From: Deferribacterales bacterium
GTDB lineage: Bacteria; Chrysiogenota; Deferribacteres; Deferribacterales; Geovibrionaceae
Reading direction: 5' to 3'
Assembly (NCBI GenBank): GCA_050253075.1
Contig: JBFWJS010000007.1
Coordinates: forward strand, 1 to 64,000
DNA length: 64,000 nucleotides
Each line of letters opens with the position of its first letter. Position 1 is the first letter of the stretch. The notes beneath the pieces are model-generated. The model worked only from the letters and a program-made list of their open reading frames with translations, did not search any database and was not told where the DNA came from. Below, piece by piece: positions 48,349 through 57,259 of the stretch. Made by a program: the position numbers and the translations under genes.

Positions 48349-49243
48349 ACTTTTCCCATCCGCACATTTTGATTATCTCTTTTTCACGGGTATACAGCAG
48401 CACGGGGGTGTGCATGCTTTGGCAGCGCACCTCTATCTCCTCTGGAGCGAGGAGGAAAAAGGCGGTGGCGAGCCCGTCAGCCTTTATGGTCTTATCCGCT
48501 ATGACGCTGACGCTGGAATAGTATGTGGGGTTTTTACCCGTTGTGGTGTCGAATATGTGAAAGATGCGTTTGCCGTCTTCTGTTTCGAAATAACGCTCAT
48601 AGTCACCGCTGGTGGCGAGAGCTTTATCCTGTAGATTTACGACGGAGAGCACCTTTTCGTCGCTGTCGGGGTGTTTTATGGCTATGCGCCACGGGCGGGA
48701 GCCCTTCGAGCCCATAGCATAGAGATCGCCCCCTGCGTTTATCAGGGCGTTTTCTACATTTTTAAACATCAGCAGTCCGATGGATTTATCTACGATATAG
48801 CCTTTGGCAAATGCGCCCATGTCTATCAGAACGTCTTCCATGCGGTCTGTCTTGTCTATTATCTCTTCGAGCTCTTTGTCCGAAGGCACTCTGTATGGCC
48901 CTTCGTGAAAGCCGTAAAGGTGGGCTATGGTGTATGCGTACATGCTGAATTTGCCGTTTGTCAGCCTTGTGAAGTCCAGCCCTCTGAGAAAAAGGTTTTG
49001 CATCATCCCGGTGAATTCGAAGTTTTGGGTTTCATTGGCTTTCTTTGTGGCTTCCGTCACCATGTTTTCGAGGTTTGTCATCTCCGTGCGTACATCAATG
49101 ACCTTGTCAAAGTCTTTCTTTGGCAGGGTGACGCTGACGAACGTTCCCATTGAATAGAACCTTTCGCTCTCGAACTCATTTCCGCAGCCGAAAAGTATAA
49201 ATATCAGAAGTGTATAGACAACTGCTCCGAGCATTTTCCGCAT
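48335..49243 (-). CDS. apbE: ApbE-family FAD:protein FMN transferase (lipoprotein)
   Basis: Lipobox LFGC; MGT, DMGAFAKGY, NAGGD, ATSGDYERY, HIFD, ADGLATA. Confidence 0.93.
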   Translation of the reverse strand: MRKMLGAVVYTLLIFILFGCGNEFESERFYSMGTFVSVTLPKKDFDKVIDVRTEMTNLENMVTEATKKANETQNFEFTGMMQNLFLRGLDFTRLTNGKFSMYAYTIAHLYGFHEGPYRVPSDKELEEIIDKTDRMEDVLIDMGAFAKGYIVDKSIGLLMFKNVENALINAGGDLYAMGSKGSRPWRIAIKHPDSDEKVLSVVNLQDKALATSGDYERYFETEDGKRIFHIFDTTTGKNPTYYSSVSVIADKTIKADGLATAFFLLAPEEIEVRCQSMHTPVLLYTREKEIIKMCGWEKFEDN

Positions 49244-50187
49244 ATATTATCTTCCGTGTGGCAGACGGTCACATAACCGCTGCGTTCTATTATCACCTCT
49301 CCGCATTTGGGGCAGAGGGTGTCTGATGTCCCTTCGATGTGGGCGTTGCCTATGAAAACATAGTTCAGGTGCTTTTGCCCTATCTTTCGGAACGTATCTA
49401 ACATTTTATCAGATGTTACAGTTTTATCACTCTTATATTGAGGGAAATATCTGCTGATGTGAAGAGGTATGTTTCTGTCTATGGCTGAAATGTATCTGCA
49501 CATCTCTTCGAAAGTGCCCTCGTCGTCGTTCATAGAGGGGATCAGCAGGTTTGTCAGCTCTATGTGTCTGCCTGCTTTTGCGCATCTTTCGATGGTGTTC
49601 AGGGTTGTTTCCAGATATCCGCCTTCGTTTTTATAAAACTCTCTGGTGAAGCCCTTCAGGTCGATATTCAGGGCGTCTATGTACGGCAGAAGCTCTGCTA
49701 GGGGTGTGTCGTTTATCTGTCCGTTTGTGACCAGCACATTTGCCTGTCCGCCCTCACGGAAGACCTTTGCACAGTCGTATACGAACTCGTACCAGACTAG
49801 CGGTTCGTTGTATGTGTATGCAATGCCGAAGCTCTTATTTGCTTTGGAAAGGTGCAGGAGCTTTTCCGGAGTGGTGGTCTGACGGTGGGTTTCCTGTGTG
49901 CTTATCTGCCAGTTCTGACAAAAGTGACAGCGCATGTTGCACCCGTTGGTGCCGACGGAGAGTATCTTTTTACCCGGGTGAAAGTGATAGAGAGGCTTTT
50001 TCTCGACAGGGTCTATGGAGATGGAGCACGCCTCTGCATATGCTGTCTGCTGTAGCATGCCGTCGATATTTTTGCGTATGAGGCAGAGTCCGCTTTTACC
50101 CGCAGAGATGGTGCATTCATGCGGGCACAGCCTGCACTTTACATTATCTCCGCCAGCTTTTTCCCAGTGCTTTGCCAGCACACCCAT
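49204..50187 (-). CDS. amrS: AmmeMemoRadiSam-type radical SAM enzyme
   Basis: CRLCPHEC, DPVEKKPLYHFHPG, CNMRCHFCQNWQISQ-like, YTYNEP, C-terminal CPKC. Confidence 0.9.
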   Translation of the reverse strand: MGVLAKHWEKAGGDNVKCRLCPHECTISAGKSGLCLIRKNIDGMLQQTAYAEACSISIDPVEKKPLYHFHPGKKILSVGTNGCNMRCHFCQNWQISTQETHRQTTTPEKLLHLSKANKSFGIAYTYNEPLVWYEFVYDCAKVFREGGQANVLVTNGQINDTPLAELLPYIDALNIDLKGFTREFYKNEGGYLETTLNTIERCAKAGRHIELTNLLIPSMNDDEGTFEEMCRYISAIDRNIPLHISRYFPQYKSDKTVTSDKMLDTFRKIGQKHLNYVFIGNAHIEGTSDTLCPKCGEVIIERSGYVTVCHTEDNICGKCSEQLSIHF

Positions 50188-50193
50188 AGGCTT

Positions 50194-51168
50194 TTACCTG
50201 TCTCTTGCCACCATATAGTCAGCTAAGAAATCAAGGGCGTCTCTGTATTCGTTCTGGTCGAACATGTTGAGGTTCTTCTTAGCTTCCTGAATGTATTTGT
50301 CCACTACCAGCTCAGACTTGGCCTTTACATCGTATCTGTGCATCAGATCAAGGATGTAGCTGAGGTTTTCGTCTGTGGCACGCTCGTCCACGATGATGGT
50401 GCGCACCTTCTTCTGCTCCTCTTCTGTGGCGTTTTCGAGGAGTGTGATGATAGGCAGTGTGATCTTTCCTTCGTTAAGGTCTGTTCCCGGCTTTTTGCCT
50501 GTTTTCTCCGGATCGCCGAGGTAGTCGAGGATGTCGTCTGCCATCTGGAAAGCGATGCCGAGTGTCTTACCGAAGTTTTTAAGAGCCTGAATCTTTTCCT
50601 CCGGTACTGCGCCGAGGATAGCTCCTATTTCGCAGCAGCTGGAAAAGAGTACGGCTGTTTTTGAATTTATTATCTTGAGGTAGTCGTCCATTGTGATCTT
50701 GACGTCTGCCGTTTTTATCAGCTGAAATACTTCGCCCTCACTCATTGTGCGGGCAGCAACGGCGAGTATCATCTGTATTCTCGGGTCGCCGTCTTTCACA
50801 AGGTTCATGAATGCTCTGGAATAGAGGAAGTCTCCGCAGAGAACAGTGATGTCGTTGCCGAAGACGTTGTTTGCGCTCTCTTTACCCCTGCGGTATTTCG
50901 CTCCGTCTATGACGTCGTCATGCAGAAGTGTGGCTGTGTGGATGTATTCCACAACTCCCGAGAGGTTTATCGTTCTGTCGCCGTGGTATCCGCTGAGTAA
51001 TGCGGAAAGTATCATGAATACAGGGCGCAGTCTTTTACCGCCGCTTTCAAATACATAAGAGGCAACTTTATTAACCATTTCGACATCAGAGTCGAGGTTG
51101 TCTATCAGGTTTTTCTCTACGGCTTCTCGCTCGTTTTCAACCAGCTTAAGGACATCGTTAATGTTCAT
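50194..51168 (-). CDS. Long-chain trans-polyprenyl diphosphate synthase (IspB/HepT-like)
   Basis: GGKRLRP, HTATLLHDDVID..RRG, KTA, FQMADD. Confidence 0.93.
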   Translation of the reverse strand: MNINDVLKLVENEREAVEKNLIDNLDSDVEMVNKVASYVFESGGKRLRPVFMILSALLSGYHGDRTINLSGVVEYIHTATLLHDDVIDGAKYRRGKESANNVFGNDITVLCGDFLYSRAFMNLVKDGDPRIQMILAVAARTMSEGEVFQLIKTADVKITMDDYLKIINSKTAVLFSSCCEIGAILGAVPEEKIQALKNFGKTLGIAFQMADDILDYLGDPEKTGKKPGTDLNEGKITLPIITLLENATEEEQKKVRTIIVDERATDENLSYILDLMHRYDVKAKSELVVDKYIQEAKKNLNMFDQNEYRDALDFLADYMVARDR

Positions 51169-51294
51169 CCGGCATCTACTCCAAAACTAATCATTGTTGA
51201 ATTGTTAAAACAGGTATATTCTTACACAGATGTATGTTCAAACACATGTAGGATATACGATAATAATAAGCGTGTAAAGCGAAAGGTAACAGAT

Positions 51295-51969
51295 TTGAGC
51301 TATAGAGGACTGGAAGATACACATCTTACATATTACAAACTTCTGGACGGTATGGATATCCGCACCGGAGGGAAGGTATGTGATTCATCTTTCAACGAAT
51401 TTGTCACTGCGAAGTATCTGGCTGAAAAGAATCTTTTCGACACTGTATATGCTCTCACTCTGGACAGGATGATCGTTCAGGACAAGATAGAGCCACTCCG
51501 CTGCGGCCCGATGGTGGCGCAGACCATGCGCAGGGTCAGGGTGGACGCACACATCTCCCTCGGCGGGACGTTCAATTTTATCCCCGTACACGATGTAACC
51601 CACGCTCTGCACAGCACGCTGAATGTCGGCGGCAGTATATATCTAGCCGTTTATCCGAACATATACGACTCTCAGGGGCGGGACGTCCTTATGATGCTGT
51701 CCGACCATGCACAGGTACCCGTAAAGGATAAGCTGGTCAGGTGGGCTGTCACAGTGCAGAACTCCGTCACCAACCTGTTCATAAAGATAAAGAACGAAGA
51801 GGTGATATGCGACACCACTGTCGGCGAGATAATATCTCTCTTCTCTGCGGAGCATTATAAGAATCAGCTCTTCCGCAGCAGACCCGAATATGAAAAGTTT
51901 TTCCAGAAGCTAAGTCTGGATCAGAAATATTATATGTCTTGGAATGTTATAAAGGGGATGAAAGTATGA
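51295..51969 (+). CDS. Hypothetical protein, possibly a degenerate class I methyltransferase fold
   Basis: Open frame overlapping the ridA start; 'VDAHISLGGTFNF' and 'LNVGGSIYL' recall methyltransferase motifs; TTG start uncertain. Confidence 0.6.
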   Translation: MSYRGLEDTHLTYYKLLDGMDIRTGGKVCDSSFNEFVTAKYLAEKNLFDTVYALTLDRMIVQDKIEPLRCGPMVAQTMRRVRVDAHISLGGTFNFIPVHDVTHALHSTLNVGGSIYLAVYPNIYDSQGRDVLMMLSDHAQVPVKDKLVRWAVTVQNSVTNLFIKIKNEEVICDTTVGEIISLFSAEHYKNQLFRSRPEYEKFFQKLSLDQKYYMSWNVIKGMKV

Positions 51970-52346
51970 ATGTACCGTTTCACACAACAAATGCACCGGA
52001 CGCTATCGGTCCTTACTCTCAGGCTGTCATGACAACAGGGAATATGCTCTTTGTCTCAGGACAGATACCTCTCGTGCCTGCTACTATGCAGATAGTAGAG
52101 GGCGGGGTAGAGGAACAGACAAGACGTGCCCTGACAAACCTGCTGTGCATCGTAGAGGACGCAGGCTTTACAAAGCAGACAATAGCGAAGGTGACCATCT
52201 TCATTAAGAACATGGACGACTTCGGAAAGATAAACGAGATCTACGCCGAATATATGGGCGAACACAGACCCGCCAGAGCCGTCGTTGAGGTGGCCAGGCT
52301 GCCGAAGGATGTTCTGGTCGAGATAGAGTGCATCTGTTCTAAGTAA
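51966..52346 (+). CDS. ridA: RidA/YjgF enamine-imine deaminase
   Basis: APDAIGPYSQA, SGQIP, RPARA.VEVARLPK..VEIE. Confidence 0.93.
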   Translation: MNVPFHTTNAPDAIGPYSQAVMTTGNMLFVSGQIPLVPATMQIVEGGVEEQTRRALTNLLCIVEDAGFTKQTIAKVTIFIKNMDDFGKINEIYAEYMGEHRPARAVVEVARLPKDVLVEIECICSK

Positions 52347-52352
52347 ATAACG

Positions 52353-52620
52353 AGGCGGGCTTTTAAACCCAAGGGACTTAAAAGACGTGTTGAAATTTTG
52401 AAATAAAATAAGAAAACCCCAATTTTAATAATAAGATTGGGGTTTTTATGTTTCAGGAAAATTTTTTAGTCATCCTGAGGCTTTAGCCAAAGGATCTGAA
52501 CACGGAGATTCTCTAATGGTATCAGATTCTTCGCTCCGCTCAGAATGACGTAGTTCTGTTTGTTTTAGAGATTCTGCATCACGTTTTTTAAAAGGCTTAG
52601 CTTTAACACCCGCCTTTTTT
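52353..52620. repeat. Composite ~270-nt repeat, copy 2
   Basis: Highly similar to 34502-34770; inner inverted repeats ttaaaagacgtgttg / catcacgttttttaa; same internal hairpins. Confidence 0.85.
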
Positions 52621-52688
52621 ATTTCTTCATTTTTTCTTCATTAACACCTGACATAATAAGAATACGATATCCTAAGATGAGGTGTGAT

Positions 52689-53120
52689 ATGGAATTCATT
52701 CATGATGCCACAGGTTCGATAGCCACGTTTATCATTTATACACTGGCGGTCAGCGGTCTTGCTATGTTCTTCTTTAAATATGTTAAAAAGTATATCCCGC
52801 TGTCGAGAAAGACATATCTGAAGATACATCAGGTAGTGACTATGCTGTTCATAGCTGTTGTCGCCGTACATTTCTTCACAACTGATAAGGGCAATATATA
52901 CGTCGTCTCAGCTATGGTTCTGCTGGCTGTCGTTTTTATCTTGGGCAGTTCGCTCCGTGTGAAATCTATCAAGGCGAAATCATTTAAAAAGGTGGTCTAT
53001 GCAAAGGCTGCCGTGCTTATAATCTCTATGCTGCTCCTCACGGCAGGGCATGGCATATTTGAAAAAGAGCATAAGGAACACACTCAGAACTCCAGCTCCG
53101 ACACTTTTGTTATTCGCTGA
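52689..53120 (+). CDS. Four-helix membrane hypothetical protein with His residues
   Basis: Four hydrophobic segments; 'LKIHQ...AVHF' recalls heme b-binding helices; GAGGTG before ATG 52689. Confidence 0.65.
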   Translation: MEFIHDATGSIATFIIYTLAVSGLAMFFFKYVKKYIPLSRKTYLKIHQVVTMLFIAVVAVHFFTTDKGNIYVVSAMVLLAVVFILGSSLRVKSIKAKSFKKVVYAKAAVLIISMLLLTAGHGIFEKEHKEHTQNSSSDTFVIR

Positions 53121-53213
53121 TATAAATAAATTTCATAAAAACATTTTTATGCGAACTTTCGTGTGTTAAGATTTAAATTCACAATAGATTTATTTTTAAC
53201 CGGGAGTTTTCAA

Positions 53214-54989
53214 TTGAACTATTTCAAACTTTTCTTCTTATCAATTTTTTGCCTTTCACTTTTTGCCTGCGGAGGCGGAGGCAGCAACGCTACCCTCAAC
53301 GCAGATGAAAAATTCACTATCGAAGAGGTGAACCCAGAGGGCTTCTGGCTTGGTTATCAGACCATCATAGGCGTCGATGTTTATAACATGCGTACCATCA
53401 TCTATGACGGGAAACTGCTTGGTATCTCCGAGGATGCCGGAGTAATGTTCTCCGGTACATACGGCATGGAGGAGAAGAGGGTGCTCGTCTCCGACGGTCA
53501 GGAGGGCTCCGATCAGAAATATATGCTTTACGATATGTATGACGAAGGGAGAGCCTTTGCCCGCGGTATAGTCGCCGTTACTGTTGAGGAAAAGAATAAA
53601 TTCAGCGGTACCTTCTCAAACGAGACGCTTCAGGAGGGGGAGATATATTCGAATTATTCTGCTCTTTTCGAAAGGGGTGCTTCGCTGGACTACATCGACG
53701 GTGATTATAACTATGCCGAAATAACCATGTCTATCAGCCCCGAAGGAGCTATGAGCGGGACATGGAGAGGATGTGCACTGGAAGGCACTGTTGCCGTGCC
53801 TGAAGCGGATAAGAATGTTTACACTATAAACTATACACTGGATGCATGTGCATACAGCGGAGAATACTCCGGACTCGGCTTCGTGAACATGATAGATGAA
53901 GATGCCTATCTGGTTATATTGGCGGATGGCGGCGACAGGATGGACGGCTTCGGCTTTCAGCTTTCTGACGTGCCTGCTGTTTTTGATCTGTCCATAAGCG
54001 AGGTTCGTGCAGGAAAGTCCGCTGAGCAGTCTGTTTCTCAGGCGCTATATGCCTATCTTTCGACACGGGGCTACTACGATAACCCTACCGTTAAAATTGA
54101 CGAAAACGGCTCAGACAAATCAGGGTCATCTTATTCATGGAAAGACATAGATATGAATGCATATGATACTGATTTTTCTAATTCTACATTTAGTTACGGC
54201 AAAATATTTTTGTCATCTACTCTGTCTCACCCTTACAGGATAGACAATTCAGATTTCAGCCACTCTACGTTTGACAGTATGACTATTGAGACAAACGCTT
54301 CCTTTACCCCGAGGACAGACTACATCACTAATAAGTTTGAGGAGCTGAACCTTGACTACGGCGGTGTATTTGCCATTGCTCATTCAGATTTCAGGTATAT
54401 CACGTTCAATTCCAGCTTCGAGATATATGCTTATGATACAGACTTTTCTCACAGTGACATGAGCGGATCGACTATATTCGGTTATTGTGACCATTGTAAT
54501 TTTACTCAGGCTAACCTGCAGGATGTCACAATAGAATTTTATCGTGAAGAAAGATCAGACGGAACATACCGCTCTACAGAGTCTAAGTTCTGGTTTTCAG
54601 ACCTTGTGGGGACAGATTTCCGCAATGCGAGCCTTATTGGCATGACTGCTACTTTCTCTGACTTCAGCTATGCAAACTTTACAGGGGCGACCGGCATAGA
54701 CGGTTTCCTCGGCTGGAACCGTATAGGTTCATCCAGTTTCAGTAATGCATGGTGGACAGACGGAAGCAGGTGCAGCGCCGCATCTGTCAGTAAATGTCTA
54801 CCAAAGGTCTATGACAACGGATTAACATACGAAGAGTATTTAGACGGTAAAACAGACCTCGATAAAGACGCAGAGAAGCTGAAAGAGATTTATGACGATG
54901 TTTCCGATACTGCTAATGACATAATCAGCAAGGGCGGGGATATTGTTAATGAAGGCGTAAAGGTTGTGAAGTCACTTAAATTCTGGTGA
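53214..54989 (+). CDS. Lipoprotein with C-terminal pentapeptide repeats
   Basis: Lipobox LFAC-GGGG; repeats TDFSN/SDFSH/ANLQD/TDFRN/ASLIG/ANFTG; 'AWWTDGSRC' cap; TTG start after GGGAG. Confidence 0.75.
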   Translation: MNYFKLFFLSIFCLSLFACGGGGSNATLNADEKFTIEEVNPEGFWLGYQTIIGVDVYNMRTIIYDGKLLGISEDAGVMFSGTYGMEEKRVLVSDGQEGSDQKYMLYDMYDEGRAFARGIVAVTVEEKNKFSGTFSNETLQEGEIYSNYSALFERGASLDYIDGDYNYAEITMSISPEGAMSGTWRGCALEGTVAVPEADKNVYTINYTLDACAYSGEYSGLGFVNMIDEDAYLVILADGGDRMDGFGFQLSDVPAVFDLSISEVRAGKSAEQSVSQALYAYLSTRGYYDNPTVKIDENGSDKSGSSYSWKDIDMNAYDTDFSNSTFSYGKIFLSSTLSHPYRIDNSDFSHSTFDSMTIETNASFTPRTDYITNKFEELNLDYGGVFAIAHSDFRYITFNSSFEIYAYDTDFSHSDMSGSTIFGYCDHCNFTQANLQDVTIEFYREERSDGTYRSTESKFWFSDLVGTDFRNASLIGMTATFSDFSYANFTGATGIDGFLGWNRIGSSSFSNAWWTDGSRCSAASVSKCLPKVYDNGLTYEEYLDGKTDLDKDAEKLKEIYDDVSDTANDIISKGGDIVNEGVKVVKSLKFW

Positions 54990-55001
54990 TAAATATAAAA
55001 T

Positions 55002-55140
55002 AAGTAAAATAATAAAACCCCAATTTTGATAACAAGATTGGGGTTTTTATATATAAGGTTACTAGATTCTTACGTTGCCGGTGGCTCCTCAGAATGACTG
55101 TTTAAGATAACTGCCTTCTCTGAGTATTTTCAATATTTCT
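55002..55140. repeat. Degenerate partial copy of the composite repeat
   Basis: aaaaccccaattttgataacaagattggggttttta hairpin and the right half of the palindrome (agattctt...ctcagaatgac). Confidence 0.7.
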
Positions 55141-55145
55141 TTCTA

Positions 55146-55172
55146 AAAGGCGGGCTTTTAAACCCGCCTTTA
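55146..55172. terminator. Bidirectional terminator matching the 'empty site' of the repeat
   Basis: aaaggcgggcttttaaacccgccttt between convergent genes. Confidence 0.75.
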
Positions 55173-55180
55173 TTTTTTGC

Positions 55181-56041
55181 TTACTTACCTTCTTCAAGAA
55201 CTTTGAAGATGTTGTTGTTTGTGCTGAGGAAGAACTCTGTCTTGTCTGTCAGAACATTTTCATAAACACTCAGAGACTTATAAAACTCGAAGAACGCAGG
55301 GTCTTTACCGTATGCTTTGGCATATATATCGATTACCTTCGCATCTGTAGTACCCATGATCTCCTGCACTTTCTGATAAGCATTAGCCAGAATGATGGCT
55401 TTTTCTTTTTCAGTTGTTGCTTTTATGATCTGAGCCTTTTCCTGACCTTCGGAGCGGTACTGCTTTGCTATACGCTCACGCTCGGCCTGCATCCTTGCGT
55501 ATACGGCTTTTTCGTTCTGCACGGGCAGATCGGCACGCTTAATGCGCACGTCGTATATCTCGATACCGTATTCCTTCGCCTTCACCTTTGTCAGCTCTGT
55601 CACGGCATCCATTATCTTCTGTCTGTTTTCACTGACCACTTCGAGCAGTGTGTGCTTGCCCAGCTCGTTTCTCATCTCTGAATAGATGATGTCGTCCAGC
55701 CTGTTGAATGCCTCGCTGTAGTTCTTAACAGTGAGATAGAATTTCAGCGGCTCGGCTACACGCCAGCGGCAGAAGTTGTCTATGACGAGATTCTTCTTAT
55801 CATTTGTTATGATCTCGGAAGGGTCTGCATCATACTCTATCAGCTTTTTAGAGAAGTAGACCACCTGATGTGCGAAAGGTATCTTAAACCTGATGCCGGG
55901 GGTGGTGTATTCTTTTACAGGTCTGCCGAGCATGGTGAGAACGGCTGTCTGGTCAACCTGAACTGTGAAAGTCGCCATCTTATACACTACAAAGAGTGCG
56001 ATGAGAACTATAGGGACTATCATTGGAAATGCCTTTTTCAT
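55181..56041 (-). CDS. hflC: Protease modulator HflC
   Basis: Transmembrane helix plus SPFH; DKKNLVID, IKRADLP, RMQAERER.A..RSEG, FFEFYKSL. Confidence 0.95.
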   Translation of the reverse strand: MKKAFPMIVPIVLIALFVVYKMATFTVQVDQTAVLTMLGRPVKEYTTPGIRFKIPFAHQVVYFSKKLIEYDADPSEIITNDKKNLVIDNFCRWRVAEPLKFYLTVKNYSEAFNRLDDIIYSEMRNELGKHTLLEVVSENRQKIMDAVTELTKVKAKEYGIEIYDVRIKRADLPVQNEKAVYARMQAERERIAKQYRSEGQEKAQIIKATTEKEKAIILANAYQKVQEIMGTTDAKVIDIYAKAYGKDPAFFEFYKSLSVYENVLTDKTEFFLSTNNNIFKVLEEGK

Positions 56042-57033
56042 TTTGCACCTCCTGAGATAGCTTTATCAAGTCCCATGATAGGTGTTACGTCTTTGATATT
56101 AGAGTCAAAAATCTTAAGATCTCCTTTAGACAAAATGTTTTCCATTGTTTCAAGGTAGAGCCTCTTTTTGGTAACATTCGGGGCTGCTCTGTAGCTTTTC
56201 AGTACAGATTCAAACCTGTCTGTCTCACCGAGGGCTCTCGCCACTTTGTTTTGCTGATAACCTTCTGCCTGCTGAAGCATTGTTTCAGCTTCTGCTCTGG
56301 CTCTTGGTATCACTTCATTCTGATAGGCCTCGGCCTCGTTTATATATCTGTTTTTATCCTCACGTGCGCTCGCCACGTCTTTGAAGGCGTTAACGACCTC
56401 CTGCGGCGGTTCAACATCCTGAAGCTGCACGGCTGTTATCTTAATGCCTGCATCATACTTGTTGAGGATAGCCTGGATCTCTTTCTGTGTTTCTGTCTGT
56501 ATCCTGTTCTTTCCGACTGTCAGGATATCATCTATCTTTTCACGTCCTGCGACCTCACGAATGGCAGATTCGGCAACATCCATGATGGTGCCTTCCACAT
56601 CGTGCACGTTATACAGGTATTTTGTGATGTCTACGATCTTGTACTGTACGCTCAGGTCTATGCTGACGATGTTTTCATCGCCTGTGAGCATCAGGGATTC
56701 CTGAGGGAGATTTTTAACCCCGCCTCTGGTAGTGCGGAACCCAACCTCGAGTCTGTGTACCTTTGTAACTTCTGCTTTGTCCACTGTGTCTATAGGGAAT
56801 GGAAGGTGATAGTTCGGGCCTGCACCCACAACTTTTACAACACTTCCGAACCTTTTGACCACTGCCTCTTCGGACGGTGCCACAATGAAGAATCCGCTAG
56901 CCAGCCATGCCACTATCACAACGATAGACATAAGGCCCGCTCCCGGAGCATTGAAGTTCATCTTTGGCAGTTTGTCCTTCAGGTCAAACTTATCATCACC
57001 CCAGGGGCTCTGACCGCCGTTTCCGTTATCCAT
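56038..57033 (-). CDS. hflK: Protease modulator HflK
   Basis: SPWG N-terminus, MLTGDENIV, PPQEV..AF.DV..ARED, RLYLETME; start at MDNGNG after GGAGG. Confidence 0.95.
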   Translation of the reverse strand: MDNGNGGQSPWGDDKFDLKDKLPKMNFNAPGAGLMSIVVIVAWLASGFFIVAPSEEAVVKRFGSVVKVVGAGPNYHLPFPIDTVDKAEVTKVHRLEVGFRTTRGGVKNLPQESLMLTGDENIVSIDLSVQYKIVDITKYLYNVHDVEGTIMDVAESAIREVAGREKIDDILTVGKNRIQTETQKEIQAILNKYDAGIKITAVQLQDVEPPQEVVNAFKDVASAREDKNRYINEAEAYQNEVIPRARAEAETMLQQAEGYQQNKVARALGETDRFESVLKSYRAAPNVTKKRLYLETMENILSKGDLKIFDSNIKDVTPIMGLDKAISGGAK

Positions 57034-57259
57034 TAATTCCTCCGTAAGATATAAATCAGTATGCACGGTGTTTTTACACATCCGCTTAGGATAGAAAATA
57101 ACAGTATTTGGTAAAAAAGCAAATGTAATCGGACGAAATCAGTGATACGTCAGATCTCCTACATATTTATATAAATTTTTTGTCGAGGTCGGCTTGTTAC
57201 CCCAGAAAGTGGATGATATAATTGGTGATATTTCAATGTTCCGCTCTGGAGGGTGACTT

